This document shows positions 19,390-29,257 of a stretch of 55,933 nucleotides of DNA, one piece after another. The position numbers and the translations under genes are program-made. The notes beneath the pieces are model-generated. The model searched no databases. It had not been told where the DNA came from and saw nothing but the letters and a program-made list of their open reading frames with translations. This DNA comes from Anaerolineae bacterium (GTDB lineage Bacteria; Chloroflexota; Anaerolineae; B4-G1; DUEL01). The stretch spans positions 1 through 55,933 of the forward strand of contig JASFWK010000003.1 in NCBI GenBank assembly GCA_050049355.1, in the 5' to 3' direction. The first letter of the stretch is position 1; each line of letters begins with the position of its first letter.

Positions 19390-20907
19390 CTAAACAGCGG
19401 ACTCCTCCAGCAGCCGAGCCGCCGCATCTAGCCGATCCAGGACCCGCTCCTGACCAAGGATGCTCAGAGTACCAAACAGAGGCGGGGAGACCTTCTTGCC
19501 AGTCGTGGCGAGGCGGATGACGCCAAAGACCTGTCCAGTCTTGAGGCCCAATTCCTCCACCAACCCCCGCAGCGGCGGCTCCAGGCCCTCCTTGCTGAAA
19601 TCGGACACCTGCGCCAGCAGTTCTCGCGCACTCCGCAGTATCTCCAGCGTCTGCTCTGGTGTCAGCTTCTTTCGGACCAGCATCTCCGGCGGTGGTGGTT
19701 CGATGTCGACAAAGAAGAAGTCAGTCAGAGGCACCACGTCCGTCAGACGCTTGATTCGCTCTTGAATCAGTGGGACGATGGGCCGTAGTGTCGCTTGTCG
19801 CAAATCCTCCGGGCATGGATCGGGCACCAGCCCCGCCTGCTGCCAGAATGGGATCAACCGCTCCAAGAGGTCATCTAGGGAGAGTTTTCGGATGTAGACG
19901 CCATTCATCCAGTCCAGCTTGTCAAAGGAGAAGGCAGCCGGGGCACGATTGACGCGGAACAGGTCAAACCGCTTGATCAATTCTTCCCGAGCGAAGAGTT
20001 CCTGCTCTTCCCCCTCCCCCGGGGCCCAGCCCAGAAGGGCCAGGAAGTTGAACAGTGCTTCCGGCAGATAGCCGAGTTCGCGAAACTCGGTGATAGAGGT
20101 AGCCCCTTCCCGCTTGGACAACTTCTTACCGCTCGGCATCGTCACCAGCGGGACGTGACAATAGGCAGGGATCTCCCATTCCAGCGCCTGGTAGATCAGG
20201 ATGCGCTTGGGCGTACTGGGGATCCAGTCATCGCCGCGGATGACGTGGGTGATCCTCATGTAATGATCGTCCACCACCACAGCCAGATGGTAAGTGGGGA
20301 AGCCATCGGACTTGAGGAGGATCTGATCGTCTATCCTGGCGTTATCGAAGACCACCCTGCCCCTAATCGCGTCGTCGACCACGGTCTGGCCCGTCAGCGG
20401 GACCTTGAGCCGGATGACATGCGGCTCGTCCGGGGAGATGGCATCCGGAGCGAGGTTGCGGCAGTGCCGATCGTACATAGGCGGCTGCTTGCGAGCCCGT
20501 TGAAGCTTCCGCACGCGCTCCAGTCGCTCCGGCGTGCAGTTGCAGCGGTACGCCCAGCCCCGCTTGAGGAGTTCCTCCGCCGCCTCCCTGTACATCTCCA
20601 ACCGCTCCGACTGGATGTATGGACCGTATGGCCCGCCCACAGCGTATCCATCGGGACTCTCAACGCCTGAGCGCTGCAGTTCTTCATACCCCGGCCCCTC
20701 ATCCCAATCAAGGCCCAACCAACGCAGGCCGTCCATAATGATCGGAATAGATTCGGGCTGATACCGCGTCCGATCGGTGTCCTCGATACGCAGGATGAAC
20801 TTCCCGTCCATCTGGCGTGCGAAGAGCCAGTTGAAGACAACCGTCCGCACGTTGCCGATGTGTGGCTCGCCAGTCGGGCTCGGAGCAAAGCGAACACGAA
20901 CAGTCAT
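19390..20907 (-). CDS. gltX: glutamate--tRNA ligase
   Basis: HIGH-type motif PTGEPHIGNVRT and KMSKS-type motif KLSKR, at class I GluRS length. Confidence 0.95.
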   Translation of the reverse strand: MTVRVRFAPSPTGEPHIGNVRTVVFNWLFARQMDGKFILRIEDTDRTRYQPESIPIIMDGLRWLGLDWDEGPGYEELQRSGVESPDGYAVGGPYGPYIQSERLEMYREAAEELLKRGWAYRCNCTPERLERVRKLQRARKQPPMYDRHCRNLAPDAISPDEPHVIRLKVPLTGQTVVDDAIRGRVVFDNARIDDQILLKSDGFPTYHLAVVVDDHYMRITHVIRGDDWIPSTPKRILIYQALEWEIPAYCHVPLVTMPSGKKLSKREGATSITEFRELGYLPEALFNFLALLGWAPGEGEEQELFAREELIKRFDLFRVNRAPAAFSFDKLDWMNGVYIRKLSLDDLLERLIPFWQQAGLVPDPCPEDLRQATLRPIVPLIQERIKRLTDVVPLTDFFFVDIEPPPPEMLVRKKLTPEQTLEILRSARELLAQVSDFSKEGLEPPLRGLVEELGLKTGQVFGVIRLATTGKKVSPPLFGTLSILGQERVLDRLDAAARLLEESAV

Positions 20908-22023
20908 TCACGCCTCCTCAGTACAACGTCTTAGATACCGCGCGGCACTCGGTAGGTGCCAGCGCCTCTGTTCATCCAAACTTGGGTGGGGTCTGAAGGG
21001 ACGAATCGCCTCCTCCAGGCGCAAGTTCCCCGCTATGCGGATGGCGTCAGGATCAATGGTCCCCAGACCCAGCTGACGGCAGTAGTGGAGGTAGCCGACC
21101 TCGTCGGGCTCGAAGCCCATCAACCGGGCGGCCAGACTGTCCACCGCCAGCGGATCTATCCCTGCCAAGGCAATGTGCCAGGGGACGGAGTCTCCTTGAC
21201 CGGGCCCCTCCCCTTCCATCCCTTCCCACCCATCTATCACCGCCAGGTGGGGCCAGACCACGGGGGCAACCAACGCGAGGTTGAGGTTGATTACCGGGAC
21301 CCCCTGGTGCATGGCCATCTTCTGCGATCCTCCCGGGCCGCCCAACAGGGTCCCCTTGACCCATTCGGCCAAGCCCCGTCGGCCGCTCCAGTCAGGTACG
21401 AGCCGACCAAGCCCTCGCAGAACTCGCTGTGCAACTCCGCCCGCCTCCCTACGTTGGTCGGCATACGGGTTCACCAGTGAACCCATCACCACGTTCTTGA
21501 TGGAAAGGGTGACAATGACCGTGTCGTGGGTCTTGGGCGGGCAGACTGAGACACGGAAATCCGCCTCCGCCACCGTGCGCGCCAGGTGCAGGCGCACCGG
21601 GTGCATCCGGCGGTCGAAGACGGTCACCCCCACTGTTTCATCGGCGTTGAGATCGCGCAGCTCGACCCCGTACTCCGCCACCAGTGCTTGGTAGCCGTAG
21701 TTGTCGAAGGCATCCAGTGTGGGAGCCAGCGCCGATCCCTCGCCCACCACTATTGGTCCGCTGAACCGCCCACGCAGGAAGTCCAGCACTGCCCGCACGG
21801 CGTCCACGTGGGTGGCGGCCAACTGACGGTAGGGAGTGACGAAGTTGGGCTTCACCAGTACCCGTCGGACCTTCTTCAGGTCAACCTCGTCGGCGACCGT
21901 CTCCAGCGCCGCCGCCACGGTCCTCTGTCGGTCGGCTTGCCGCGCCAGCCCTACCGTCGTCTCCTGTCTCAGACTCGGCCCCCAGGCACTGGACTCTCCC
22001 TCATTTCGCCATTCGTGATCCAA
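20908..22023 (-). CDS. DUF362 domain-containing protein
   Basis: The VLVKPNFV motif and overall DUF362 pattern are present. The stop abuts the gltX ATG, and the gltX SD GAGGAGG lies inside its 3' end. Confidence 0.75.
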   Translation of the reverse strand: MDHEWRNEGESSAWGPSLRQETTVGLARQADRQRTVAAALETVADEVDLKKVRRVLVKPNFVTPYRQLAATHVDAVRAVLDFLRGRFSGPIVVGEGSALAPTLDAFDNYGYQALVAEYGVELRDLNADETVGVTVFDRRMHPVRLHLARTVAEADFRVSVCPPKTHDTVIVTLSIKNVVMGSLVNPYADQRREAGGVAQRVLRGLGRLVPDWSGRRGLAEWVKGTLLGGPGGSQKMAMHQGVPVINLNLALVAPVVWPHLAVIDGWEGMEGEGPGQGDSVPWHIALAGIDPLAVDSLAARLMGFEPDEVGYLHYCRQLGLGTIDPDAIRIAGNLRLEEAIRPFRPHPSLDEQRRWHLPSAARYLRRCTEEA

Positions 22024-22029
22024 CCCAGA

Positions 22030-23154
22030 TCACTTGTGCCTCATCGCCACCGCCTCCACCAATCCCAGGCCAGTCAGCAATGTGACCAGGGCGCTGCCGC
22101 CGTAGCTGACAAAAGGCAGGGGCACCCCAGTGACCGGGAGCAGTCCGAGGTTCATGGCGATGTTGACCACCACCTGGGAGAATATCGCGGCCGCCACACC
22201 GACCACCAGCAGCCGTCCGAAGCGATCGGGGGCCAGGAGAGCCGCCCGGAAGACCCGCCAGGCCAGCAGAGCAAAGAGAACAAGAAGAAGCACTGTTCCG
22301 ATAAAACCAAGTTCCTCGCCCACCACCGAGAAGATGAAGTCGGTGTGGCGTACGCGGAGAAAGTGGAGCCGGTTCAAGCTCCCTTCCCCATATCCTTTGC
22401 CCCACAGCGCTCCCGAGCCGATACTGATCAGCGCCTGCTGAACGTTGTACAATGCATCCGGGTCTCGGGAAGGGTTCAGGAAATTCAAGACCCGCTCCCG
22501 CTGATACGGCTGCATCGCTTGCCAGAGAGGAAACAGCGCTCCAACTGCCAGGACAGTCGTTCCCAGTAAGTACCCCACGCGAACCTCGGAGACGAAGGCC
22601 ATCATCGCCCAGATTGCCAAGAAGACGAAGGCCGTGCTCATATCTGGTTCCCGGAAGACCAGCACAGCAGGCACCAGGGCCAGCAGGCCCGAAAGCAGGA
22701 AGAACCTCCCTCTAGGACGCTCCCTCTCTTCGTCTCCCACTCCTGCCAGTCGGTCTCCCTTGGTCGGTTCATAATCAAGGACGACAGCGAGGGCCACGAT
22801 TTGGAAGAGGAAAGCAACGAAGGAGGGCTGCAAGCGGAAATTGCCTATGAAGAACCACCGACGCACGTCGCCGAGTTCGCTCTTACCAACGAAGAGAACC
22901 AATACCAGCAGACCTAGTTCGATAAGATATCCCACCCACCAGAAGTGCCTCAGCCACTCATATGGGATGACAGCGATCGCGAAAAAAAGACCCAGCCCGA
23001 TGATCCCGAAGGTCGTCTGCCTTCGCCACAAATCGGCCAGGTCAGGCGTATCCAGATTGGCACTGCGGATCACCGCCACGCCGAAGGCGCAGAGGGCAAG
23101 CACCACCCCCAACAGGATGAAATCAAACTTTCGCCAGTCCCGCCCAGTACGCAT
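22030..23154 (-). CDS. FtsW/RodA/SpoVE-family SEDS protein (RodA-like)
   Basis: 10-TM SEDS pattern with C-terminal GLLPVTGVPLPFVSYGGSA. Confidence 0.92.
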   Translation of the reverse strand: MRTGRDWRKFDFILLGVVLALCAFGVAVIRSANLDTPDLADLWRRQTTFGIIGLGLFFAIAVIPYEWLRHFWWVGYLIELGLLVLVLFVGKSELGDVRRWFFIGNFRLQPSFVAFLFQIVALAVVLDYEPTKGDRLAGVGDEERERPRGRFFLLSGLLALVPAVLVFREPDMSTAFVFLAIWAMMAFVSEVRVGYLLGTTVLAVGALFPLWQAMQPYQRERVLNFLNPSRDPDALYNVQQALISIGSGALWGKGYGEGSLNRLHFLRVRHTDFIFSVVGEELGFIGTVLLLVLFALLAWRVFRAALLAPDRFGRLLVVGVAAAIFSQVVVNIAMNLGLLPVTGVPLPFVSYGGSALVTLLTGLGLVEAVAMRHK

Positions 23155-23162
23155 CCCGCCTG

Positions 23163-23429
23163 CTAGTCCTGCTTCTTGCGGCTGGTCCGAAGGGGGATAT
23201 GAGCCACCAACCGGTTCTCTCGCGCGCCCCTGCTGAAGCTCACTTCCACGCCATCGGGATCAATAGCTGCATGACGCGAAATAGCAGCGATGATCTCATC
23301 CTTCAACGTCTCCAGAAGACCAGGCGAGATCTGTGCTCGATCGCAGGCCAGGACCAGGCGAAGCCGCTCCCTGGCGATCTCACCGGTGGTCGACTTGCGA
23401 CTACGGCGAAAGCGCTCTAGAATGCCCAT
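23163..23429 (-). CDS. minE: cell division topological specificity factor MinE
   Basis: 88 aa beginning MGILERFRR...ARERLRLVL, immediately downstream of minD. Confidence 0.9.
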   Translation of the reverse strand: MGILERFRRSRKSTTGEIARERLRLVLACDRAQISPGLLETLKDEIIAAISRHAAIDPDGVEVSFSRGARENRLVAHIPLRTSRKKQD

Positions 23430-23432
23430 CGC

Positions 23433-24233
23433 TCACTCCCCCTCTGTACGCATAAGCCGCAGGAGACGTTCAAGAAAGCCAGGCTCGCGCAGGGGGATAA
23501 AGGGAACCTCCTCCCCCAGAAGTCGGCGAGCGACGTTGCGAAAGGCCGCTCCCGCTGAGCTGTTGTCAGAAAGAACAACAGGGTGACCTGTGTTCGTGGC
23601 CGCCACGACCCTCTCATCCTCCGGCACCACGCCGATGAGCTCCACCGCCAGCAACTCGATCACGTCGGCGATATCCAGCATGTCCCCGCGGTGGACCATC
23701 TCCGGCTTGATGCGGTTGACGATCAAGCGAGCGGGTCCCTTCTCCTCGGCCTCGATCAACCCAATCACTCGGTCAGCATCGCGCACCGCTGCCACATCCG
23801 GGTTAGTGACGATCAGCACCTCGTCGGCGGGGGCGATCGCATTGCGGAACCCCTGCTCAATGCCGGCCGGTGAGTCTATGCAAACAAAGTCAAACGACCC
23901 GCGTAGTTCATCGATGATCCGGACTACATCCGCCGTGCTAACAGCGTTCTTGTCTCGCGTCTGGGCAGCGGGGAGGAGAAAGAGCTTAGACAGACGCTTA
24001 TCCCGCACCAGTGCCTGACGGAGGCGGCAACGCCCCTCCGCTGCGTCCACCAAATCGTAGACGATGCGGTTCTCCAACCCCAGCATCATATCCAGGTTGC
24101 GCAATCCGATGTCGGCATCCACGACTACGACCCGCTGGTCCTGCAGGGCCAGGGCCGCACCCAGGTTGGCGGTGGCAGTCGTCTTCCCCACGCCTCCCTT
24201 TCCCGAGGTAATGGTGATGACTCTAGTAGACAT
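23433..24233 (-). CDS. minD: septum site-determining ATPase MinD
   Basis: Deviant Walker A SGKGGVGKTT. I start it at the Met at 24233; the 49-codon upstream extension of ORF 23433..24380 overlaps minC and looks spurious. Confidence 0.93.
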   Translation of the reverse strand: MSTRVITITSGKGGVGKTTATANLGAALALQDQRVVVVDADIGLRNLDMMLGLENRIVYDLVDAAEGRCRLRQALVRDKRLSKLFLLPAAQTRDKNAVSTADVVRIIDELRGSFDFVCIDSPAGIEQGFRNAIAPADEVLIVTNPDVAAVRDADRVIGLIEAEEKGPARLIVNRIKPEMVHRGDMLDIADVIELLAVELIGVVPEDERVVAATNTGHPVVLSDNSSAGAAFRNVARRLLGEEVPFIPLREPGFLERLLRLMRTEGE

Positions 24234-24930
24234 CGCTTCCCTCTCGCTGCTGGTGCCAGGGCACTGCCTCGATCCGACCTTCCCGCATCCGTGCCATCTC
24301 CGGCATCGGGCGATGAGTCTTCTCATCCGGAGAGCGAGCGATACGGCCGGCGATGCGAAGCTGTGTGGGAGCCAAGTCAAGAGCGCAGACCACCGCTCCC
24401 TCGTCTCCCAGCGCCCCGGCGTGGACTAAGCCTTTCAGTTTTCCCCATACGACCACGTGTCCTCCCGCGATCACCTCGGCACCAGCGTGAACATCACCGA
24501 TGACGACGACGTGACCCAGGTGATGCACTCTCTGACCGGACCGGAGAGTTCGTTCCACCAATAATGCCCCGGCAATGGCTTCCTCACTCGAAGCAGCGGA
24601 CTCCCCCATATCATTGTCTGGGCTATCTGCCAGATCAAGGTTGACCGCCAACCCTTGGCGAGCAGCAGCGAGAGCAGTGTCATCGCAGGGGCTGAGTAGC
24701 GCCCACAGCTTGACTTTGTAGCGGGCCAGAAGGACGCGCGCGTGCTCGATCTCGCGGGCGCTCAACTCCCGATCACCTACGTCCAGTACGGCTCGGCCAC
24801 CTCGGAAGAAGTCAGCCCCGAGGCTCAGTCGACGCTCCAGAAGCGCCAACTGATCACCCCAACGTCCCTCTCCCAGGCCGATCAGCAGCCCCTGGCGTAT
24901 CCCCTTGACAGTGATGTCTTCTTGCTGCAT
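24223..24930 (-). CDS. minC: septum site-determining protein MinC
   Basis: C-terminal beta-helix repeats (GDVHAGAEVIAGGHVVVWGKLKGLVHAG). 11-nt overlap with minD. Confidence 0.88.
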   Translation of the reverse strand: MQQEDITVKGIRQGLLIGLGEGRWGDQLALLERRLSLGADFFRGGRAVLDVGDRELSAREIEHARVLLARYKVKLWALLSPCDDTALAAARQGLAVNLDLADSPDNDMGESAASSEEAIAGALLVERTLRSGQRVHHLGHVVVIGDVHAGAEVIAGGHVVVWGKLKGLVHAGALGDEGAVVCALDLAPTQLRIAGRIARSPDEKTHRPMPEMARMREGRIEAVPWHQQREGSDVY

Positions 24931-25146
24931 CGTCCACCTGCCGCACACTGCAACCGATTATAGCACAGAAAATGGAGATACCCAAACTCTCATCACGCAA
25001 TGGGACAGACTTCTGGAGAGCCGAGCCGCCGCCTGCGCCGGTTTGAAACAGAGGAGAGCAAGACAGAGTTGAAGAAGCAAAGAAAGGTGCCAAGCCCATA
25101 CAGTGCCTGGCACCTCTCTGCGCTCCAATTTGCTGGACACTCGCCG

Positions 25147-26988
25147 CTACAGGCTCGAGTGTTCAGCGGTAGGTATGGTGAAGGTGAACGTTGTCCCCTC
25201 CCCGAGCTGGCTCTCTACCTCTATCTCACCTTCGTGCAGTTCAACGAGGTTCTTGGTGATACACAATCCCAGACCAGTACCAGCCCGATCACGTACCTCA
25301 GGCCCATCCGCGCGGAAGAACTTGGTGAATAGCCGCTTCTGATCCTCCTGCGAGATACCGATCCCCGTATCCGAGATGGCACAGTGAACGCACGCGCCGT
25401 CGCTCCACGCTCTGACCTGAATCTCTCCTCCATCTGACGTATACTTGCAGGCATTGCTCAGCAGGTTGATCAGAATCTGAGCGAGCCGTGAGGGGTCCGC
25501 CTGGACCTTAGGAAGATCGGAGGGAACCTCAACGACCAGTTCATGAGCCCTCTTCTCGATACGACCCTTGACGGCCTCCAGTGCACCTTCCAGCACGTCG
25601 TCTATAGCTGTCGGTTCCAGCTCCAGTCGCAACTGTCTCGCTTCGATGCGGGAGATGTCCTGCAGGTCAGATACCAGCAGCTGCATCCGCTCCACGTTTC
25701 GACGTATGGTGCGCACGGGCCTCATCTGCTGGTCCGTCAACGGGCCCATCAGGCCCCTTGTAAGCATATCAGCATACCCACGTATGGCGGTCATCGGTGT
25801 GCGCAGCTCGTGGGCCACAATGGAGACAAACTCCGACTTGGCCTGATTGGCTTGGCGAACCTGCTGATAGAGGCGAGCGTTTTCGATGGCAATGGCAGCG
25901 TGATCGGCCAGGCGGCTGGCGAAGCCAGTGTGATCCGTGGAAAAGGCACCCTCCCCATTCCGACGCAGGTCCAGAAGCCCCAACGTGCGATCCTCGCAGC
26001 GGATGGGGACCAGGATGCGTCGGCTTCCGATAGCGACGGGTTCCTGACTCCGCAGAACGACCTGCAAGACGTCCGGTTCCAACCTCCCCGGCCGCAGGGC
26101 ATCGCCGATGCTGGCCATGACCCGGTCCTCACCCGCCTCCACGAGACTCAACGCGCCTGCGTCCGCCCCGGTCGCACGCACGGCCCAGGAGAGGGTCAGC
26201 TCCAGCACCCGCTGGAAGTCCAGACTGGCATTCAGGTCCCGATCGATGCGCTGCATCGTCGTCAATTCCTCCAGCCGCGCCTCCAACGCCTGATCGGTCA
26301 TCGTGTAGAGCCGGGCATTCTCAATGGCTGCCGCTGCCTGATTAGCAAAGGCGGTCAGCAGGGCCATATCCGACTCCGAGAAGGCCCCCTCTTTGACACG
26401 ATTGTCGAGGTAGAGTGCGCCAGTGACCTGTCTCCTCACCTTGAGCGGCACACAGACAATGGAGCGCAGGTGATAGCCGATGACACTATCTTGAGCTGAG
26501 AAACGGGGATCCACCTGGGCGTTGGTCGTCAGGACCGGTTCGCCCTGTTCGATCGCCTCCCGAACCACCGAGCGGCTCAATTCCAGCTCAGACCGCTCAC
26601 CGAAGTCGCGTGCTATCTGGGTACTGAGTCCCCCATCCTCGTCGAGCAGCATGAGACATCCCCGCTCAGCCCCCGTGAGGTGGATCAACGAATCCATCAC
26701 TGCATTGAGGGTCTCATCGAGGTCTAATGAGGAGTTGATCGCCTGGCTGATCTCGTAAAGAGTGGTCAGCTGATCCGTTTGCTCGACAGATAGCTCTTGA
26801 GCCAGCCGGCTCAATGAGCCACGCCAATCTACCAGTCGGGCCCTCAGCTGATCGGAGGAAAAGCCAGAGGGCTGCGACAGAGCTAGCTGCACAGCCCGCA
26901 TACTCTCCTGGAGCGCGGTCAGGATTACCTTCACGTCCTCCAAGTCGTGATCGCGGTTTCTCTCCAGCTCCATTTCCTTTCGATTCAA
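25147..26988 (-). CDS. cytoplasmic sensor histidine kinase (coiled-coil, GAF-GAF, HisKA, HATPase_c)
   Basis: H-box AHELRTPMTAIRGY, N-box LLSNACKYT, G1 DTGIGI and G2 GTGLGL. Two GAF-like blocks lie upstream, and there are no TM segments. Confidence 0.9.
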   Translation of the reverse strand: MNRKEMELERNRDHDLEDVKVILTALQESMRAVQLALSQPSGFSSDQLRARLVDWRGSLSRLAQELSVEQTDQLTTLYEISQAINSSLDLDETLNAVMDSLIHLTGAERGCLMLLDEDGGLSTQIARDFGERSELELSRSVVREAIEQGEPVLTTNAQVDPRFSAQDSVIGYHLRSIVCVPLKVRRQVTGALYLDNRVKEGAFSESDMALLTAFANQAAAAIENARLYTMTDQALEARLEELTTMQRIDRDLNASLDFQRVLELTLSWAVRATGADAGALSLVEAGEDRVMASIGDALRPGRLEPDVLQVVLRSQEPVAIGSRRILVPIRCEDRTLGLLDLRRNGEGAFSTDHTGFASRLADHAAIAIENARLYQQVRQANQAKSEFVSIVAHELRTPMTAIRGYADMLTRGLMGPLTDQQMRPVRTIRRNVERMQLLVSDLQDISRIEARQLRLELEPTAIDDVLEGALEAVKGRIEKRAHELVVEVPSDLPKVQADPSRLAQILINLLSNACKYTSDGGEIQVRAWSDGACVHCAISDTGIGISQEDQKRLFTKFFRADGPEVRDRAGTGLGLCITKNLVELHEGEIEVESQLGEGTTFTFTIPTAEHSSL

Positions 26989-27222
26989 TCTTGAGGTAAT
27001 ATCCCCGTCTGTGTTGATGCCTGGATCCTACCACCGAGACGCAGAGCTCGCAGAGATTCTCAGGGTTTCTCCGCGCCCTACGCGCCCCTGCGGTGAGGAG
27101 CTGTGCGTGGAGCTGAACCACCTCGGTTGAGAGAGACCACTAACCTTAGCTCCCCTGAAGAGAGCGCGTCCGCTATCTGCAAGTGGGGCAGAACGGGCGA
27201 GAAACGGGCTTCTTCAACGGAG

Positions 27223-28128
27223 TCAACCTTGGATGGTCCAATCCCAGAACCAGTAGGCCAAGCCTTTCCAGGGTCCCCAACGCTCGAAGGCCGTCTCCAC
27301 CTCCTTACGACCGATCGGTTCCCCCTCATACCACTCCTGCGACACCAGCTTCCGTGCCCAAGTATCCACAGGCAGATAGTCATACCGACCCAAGAGCATC
27401 AGCAGCGAAGCGGCAGCGTAGTCCCCAACACCCTTGATCTCCTTCAAGGCCTGACGCACCTCCGGCGTGGGAACTCCGCCGTCCTTGAACCGCTCCAGAT
27501 CCAACCGACCGTCAGCTGTGCGCCGAGCCAATTGTAATATGAAGGGTGCCCGATAACCCAGGCCCGCCTCACGCAAGCCTTCTTCGGTGGAGACAGCCAG
27601 TTGAACGGGCGCGGGAAAGGCATGGCGGGAAGGGTCGGTGGGGAGAGGATCGCCGTATCTGGTCAGAAGTGTTTCGACCATGCGGATTGTCCCTGCCCAC
27701 GAAGTGTTGGTGGTCAGGATGACCTTGACCGCGTCCTCGAAAACGGTCGGCGAGCGAAGCATGCGCCCCAAAGCTCGATGCTCCACATACGCCAGCTTGG
27801 GCTCCTTCCGAGCCAGGGCGTGGAAAGGAGAGAGATCCTGCCCCAGACCGAGCATCCACCAAACCTTGCGACTGACCTCTTCCCGTTCAGCGCCAGTCAG
27901 ACGCTCCCGCGTCTCCACACTGACCCCGCCCCTGGCCTCCTGGATACGCAGTTCGACGACCCGCTCTGTATCCAACCGCTCGACGCGGGTCAGTAGGCAG
28001 CTGTGCATATCGGCTGCAAAGGGCGGGAGCCGCACCCAACCATGGGACTCCAGGACCGCCCGAAATGAGAAGGGTAGACAAGCCGACAGAGTCAGACGCA
28101 CACCGAACCTCCCGCCACAAGATACCAT
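27223..28128 (-). CDS. HhH-GPD DNA glycosylase (AlkA-like 3-methyladenine glycosylase II family)
   Basis: Helix-hairpin-helix IKGVGDYAAASLLML is followed by the catalytic Asp context LPVDTWARK. Confidence 0.8.
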   Translation of the reverse strand: MVSCGGRFGVRLTLSACLPFSFRAVLESHGWVRLPPFAADMHSCLLTRVERLDTERVVELRIQEARGGVSVETRERLTGAEREEVSRKVWWMLGLGQDLSPFHALARKEPKLAYVEHRALGRMLRSPTVFEDAVKVILTTNTSWAGTIRMVETLLTRYGDPLPTDPSRHAFPAPVQLAVSTEEGLREAGLGYRAPFILQLARRTADGRLDLERFKDGGVPTPEVRQALKEIKGVGDYAAASLLMLLGRYDYLPVDTWARKLVSQEWYEGEPIGRKEVETAFERWGPWKGLAYWFWDWTIQG

Positions 28129-28306
28129 AGGTGACGAGAGGCGAAATTGCGATGGGGTTACGATTCCGTTACACCCCAGACTTCCGTCGAACGTCCGCCC
28201 ACATCGGTATCGGTCGGCGGCGAACTTGGCTCGCTGGACAGGATGCGTATACTTGTCGCCAGGAACGTGCCATCAGGGTACTGCGAACTGGGAGAGGAAA
28301 GCAAGA

Positions 28307-29230
28307 ATGAATCAGACGAAAGCGCTCCACTCCGAGATCATCGCCTGGCTACTCGAGCCAGAAGCGCCCTCCGTTCGCTACTGGACTTTGATCCGACTCC
28401 TCGATCGTCCCCTCGATGGTCCTGAGGCGCAGGAGGCCCGTAGGAAGATCGCGCACCGTGGACCGGTGGTCGAAATCCTCAAGCACTACGCGGGGGACGG
28501 TCGTTGGGAAGGAGAGCGCAGCTACTACACGCGCAAGTACACCGCCACTCACTGGCAGCTGCTGCTCTTGGCAGAACTGGCAGCCGATGGCGACGATGAG
28601 CGGATCGCGGCCGCGTGCCGCCGGATGATCCAGGAGGTTGATCAGGAGCAACGCACGCTGATCTACCCGTGTTTCCACGGCAACCTGATCGGCTACCTCC
28701 ACGCGCTGGGGTACGGTGCGGACGAGCGGGTTCGTCAGTTCGAGCTGGAACTGGGCCAAGCCGGTCTGAGAGGGGGGTGGCGGTGCGAGATCAACGAAGG
28801 TCTGGCCTGCGCGTGGGGTGCCGCCAGGGCTCTCTGGGGCTTCAGTTGCATCTCTCCTTCAGAGCGGGCTCCCCACGTGAATGAGGCGATCGAGGCGGGG
28901 GTACACTTCCTGGGCTGCCATGAGCTGCGGGAGGGGAAGTACCCAACGCCCACCAGGCGCCACCGGCTCTGGGATTGGCTGAGCTTCCCGCTCTTCTATC
29001 AGGCCGATGTCCTCTTTATCCTGGAAGTGTTGGCCGACCTGGGAAGGCTCAGCAGGGAATCCACCTTCGGCGAGGCGGTGAAGTGGCTGGAGGAGCACCG
29101 CCGAAACGACGGGCGCTGGAACGGACGCAGCCCCTACCGGCAGCGGATGTGGGCCCCTCTCGAGAAGAGCGGCCGCCCCAGCAAGTGGGTCACGTGGAAG
29201 GCCCTATACGTGCTGAAGACGATCCGTTGA
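28307..29230 (+). CDS. hypothetical alpha/alpha-toroid (prenyltransferase/terpene-cyclase-like repeat) protein
   Basis: Repeated xDGRWxG motifs (GDGRWEG, NDGRWNG). I start it at the ATG at 28307; the upstream part of ORF 27638..29230 is antisense to the glycosylase gene. Confidence 0.55.
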   Translation: MNQTKALHSEIIAWLLEPEAPSVRYWTLIRLLDRPLDGPEAQEARRKIAHRGPVVEILKHYAGDGRWEGERSYYTRKYTATHWQLLLLAELAADGDDERIAAACRRMIQEVDQEQRTLIYPCFHGNLIGYLHALGYGADERVRQFELELGQAGLRGGWRCEINEGLACAWGAARALWGFSCISPSERAPHVNEAIEAGVHFLGCHELREGKYPTPTRRHRLWDWLSFPLFYQADVLFILEVLADLGRLSRESTFGEAVKWLEEHRRNDGRWNGRSPYRQRMWAPLEKSGRPSKWVTWKALYVLKTIR

Positions 29231-29257
29231 AGCAAACGCTGCGGCCGAGATGCACCG

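Noticed and set aside
24234-24380. N-terminal extensions offered by the ORF track for minD (to 24380), the MFS gene (to 3412), sppA (from 30505), the GT2 gene (from 36988), the YfhO fusion (from 37725) and the TPR lipoprotein (to 55436).
   Set aside because: The extensions are non-homologous, basic and Pro-rich, and they overlap upstream genes or promoters. Internal Mets restore canonical N-termini (Walker A, signal peptides, ATGA coupling).
9678-28128. An 18.5-kb uninterrupted run of 12 minus-strand genes (mutase, three GT-C-like genes, gltX, DUF362, SEDS, minE/D/C, kinase, glycosylase), considered as a possible super-operon.
   Set aside because: Several internal gaps of 50-230 nt can hold promoters, and the functions are heterogeneous. 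Co-orientation, for example with replication direction, is a simpler explanation than a single functional unit.
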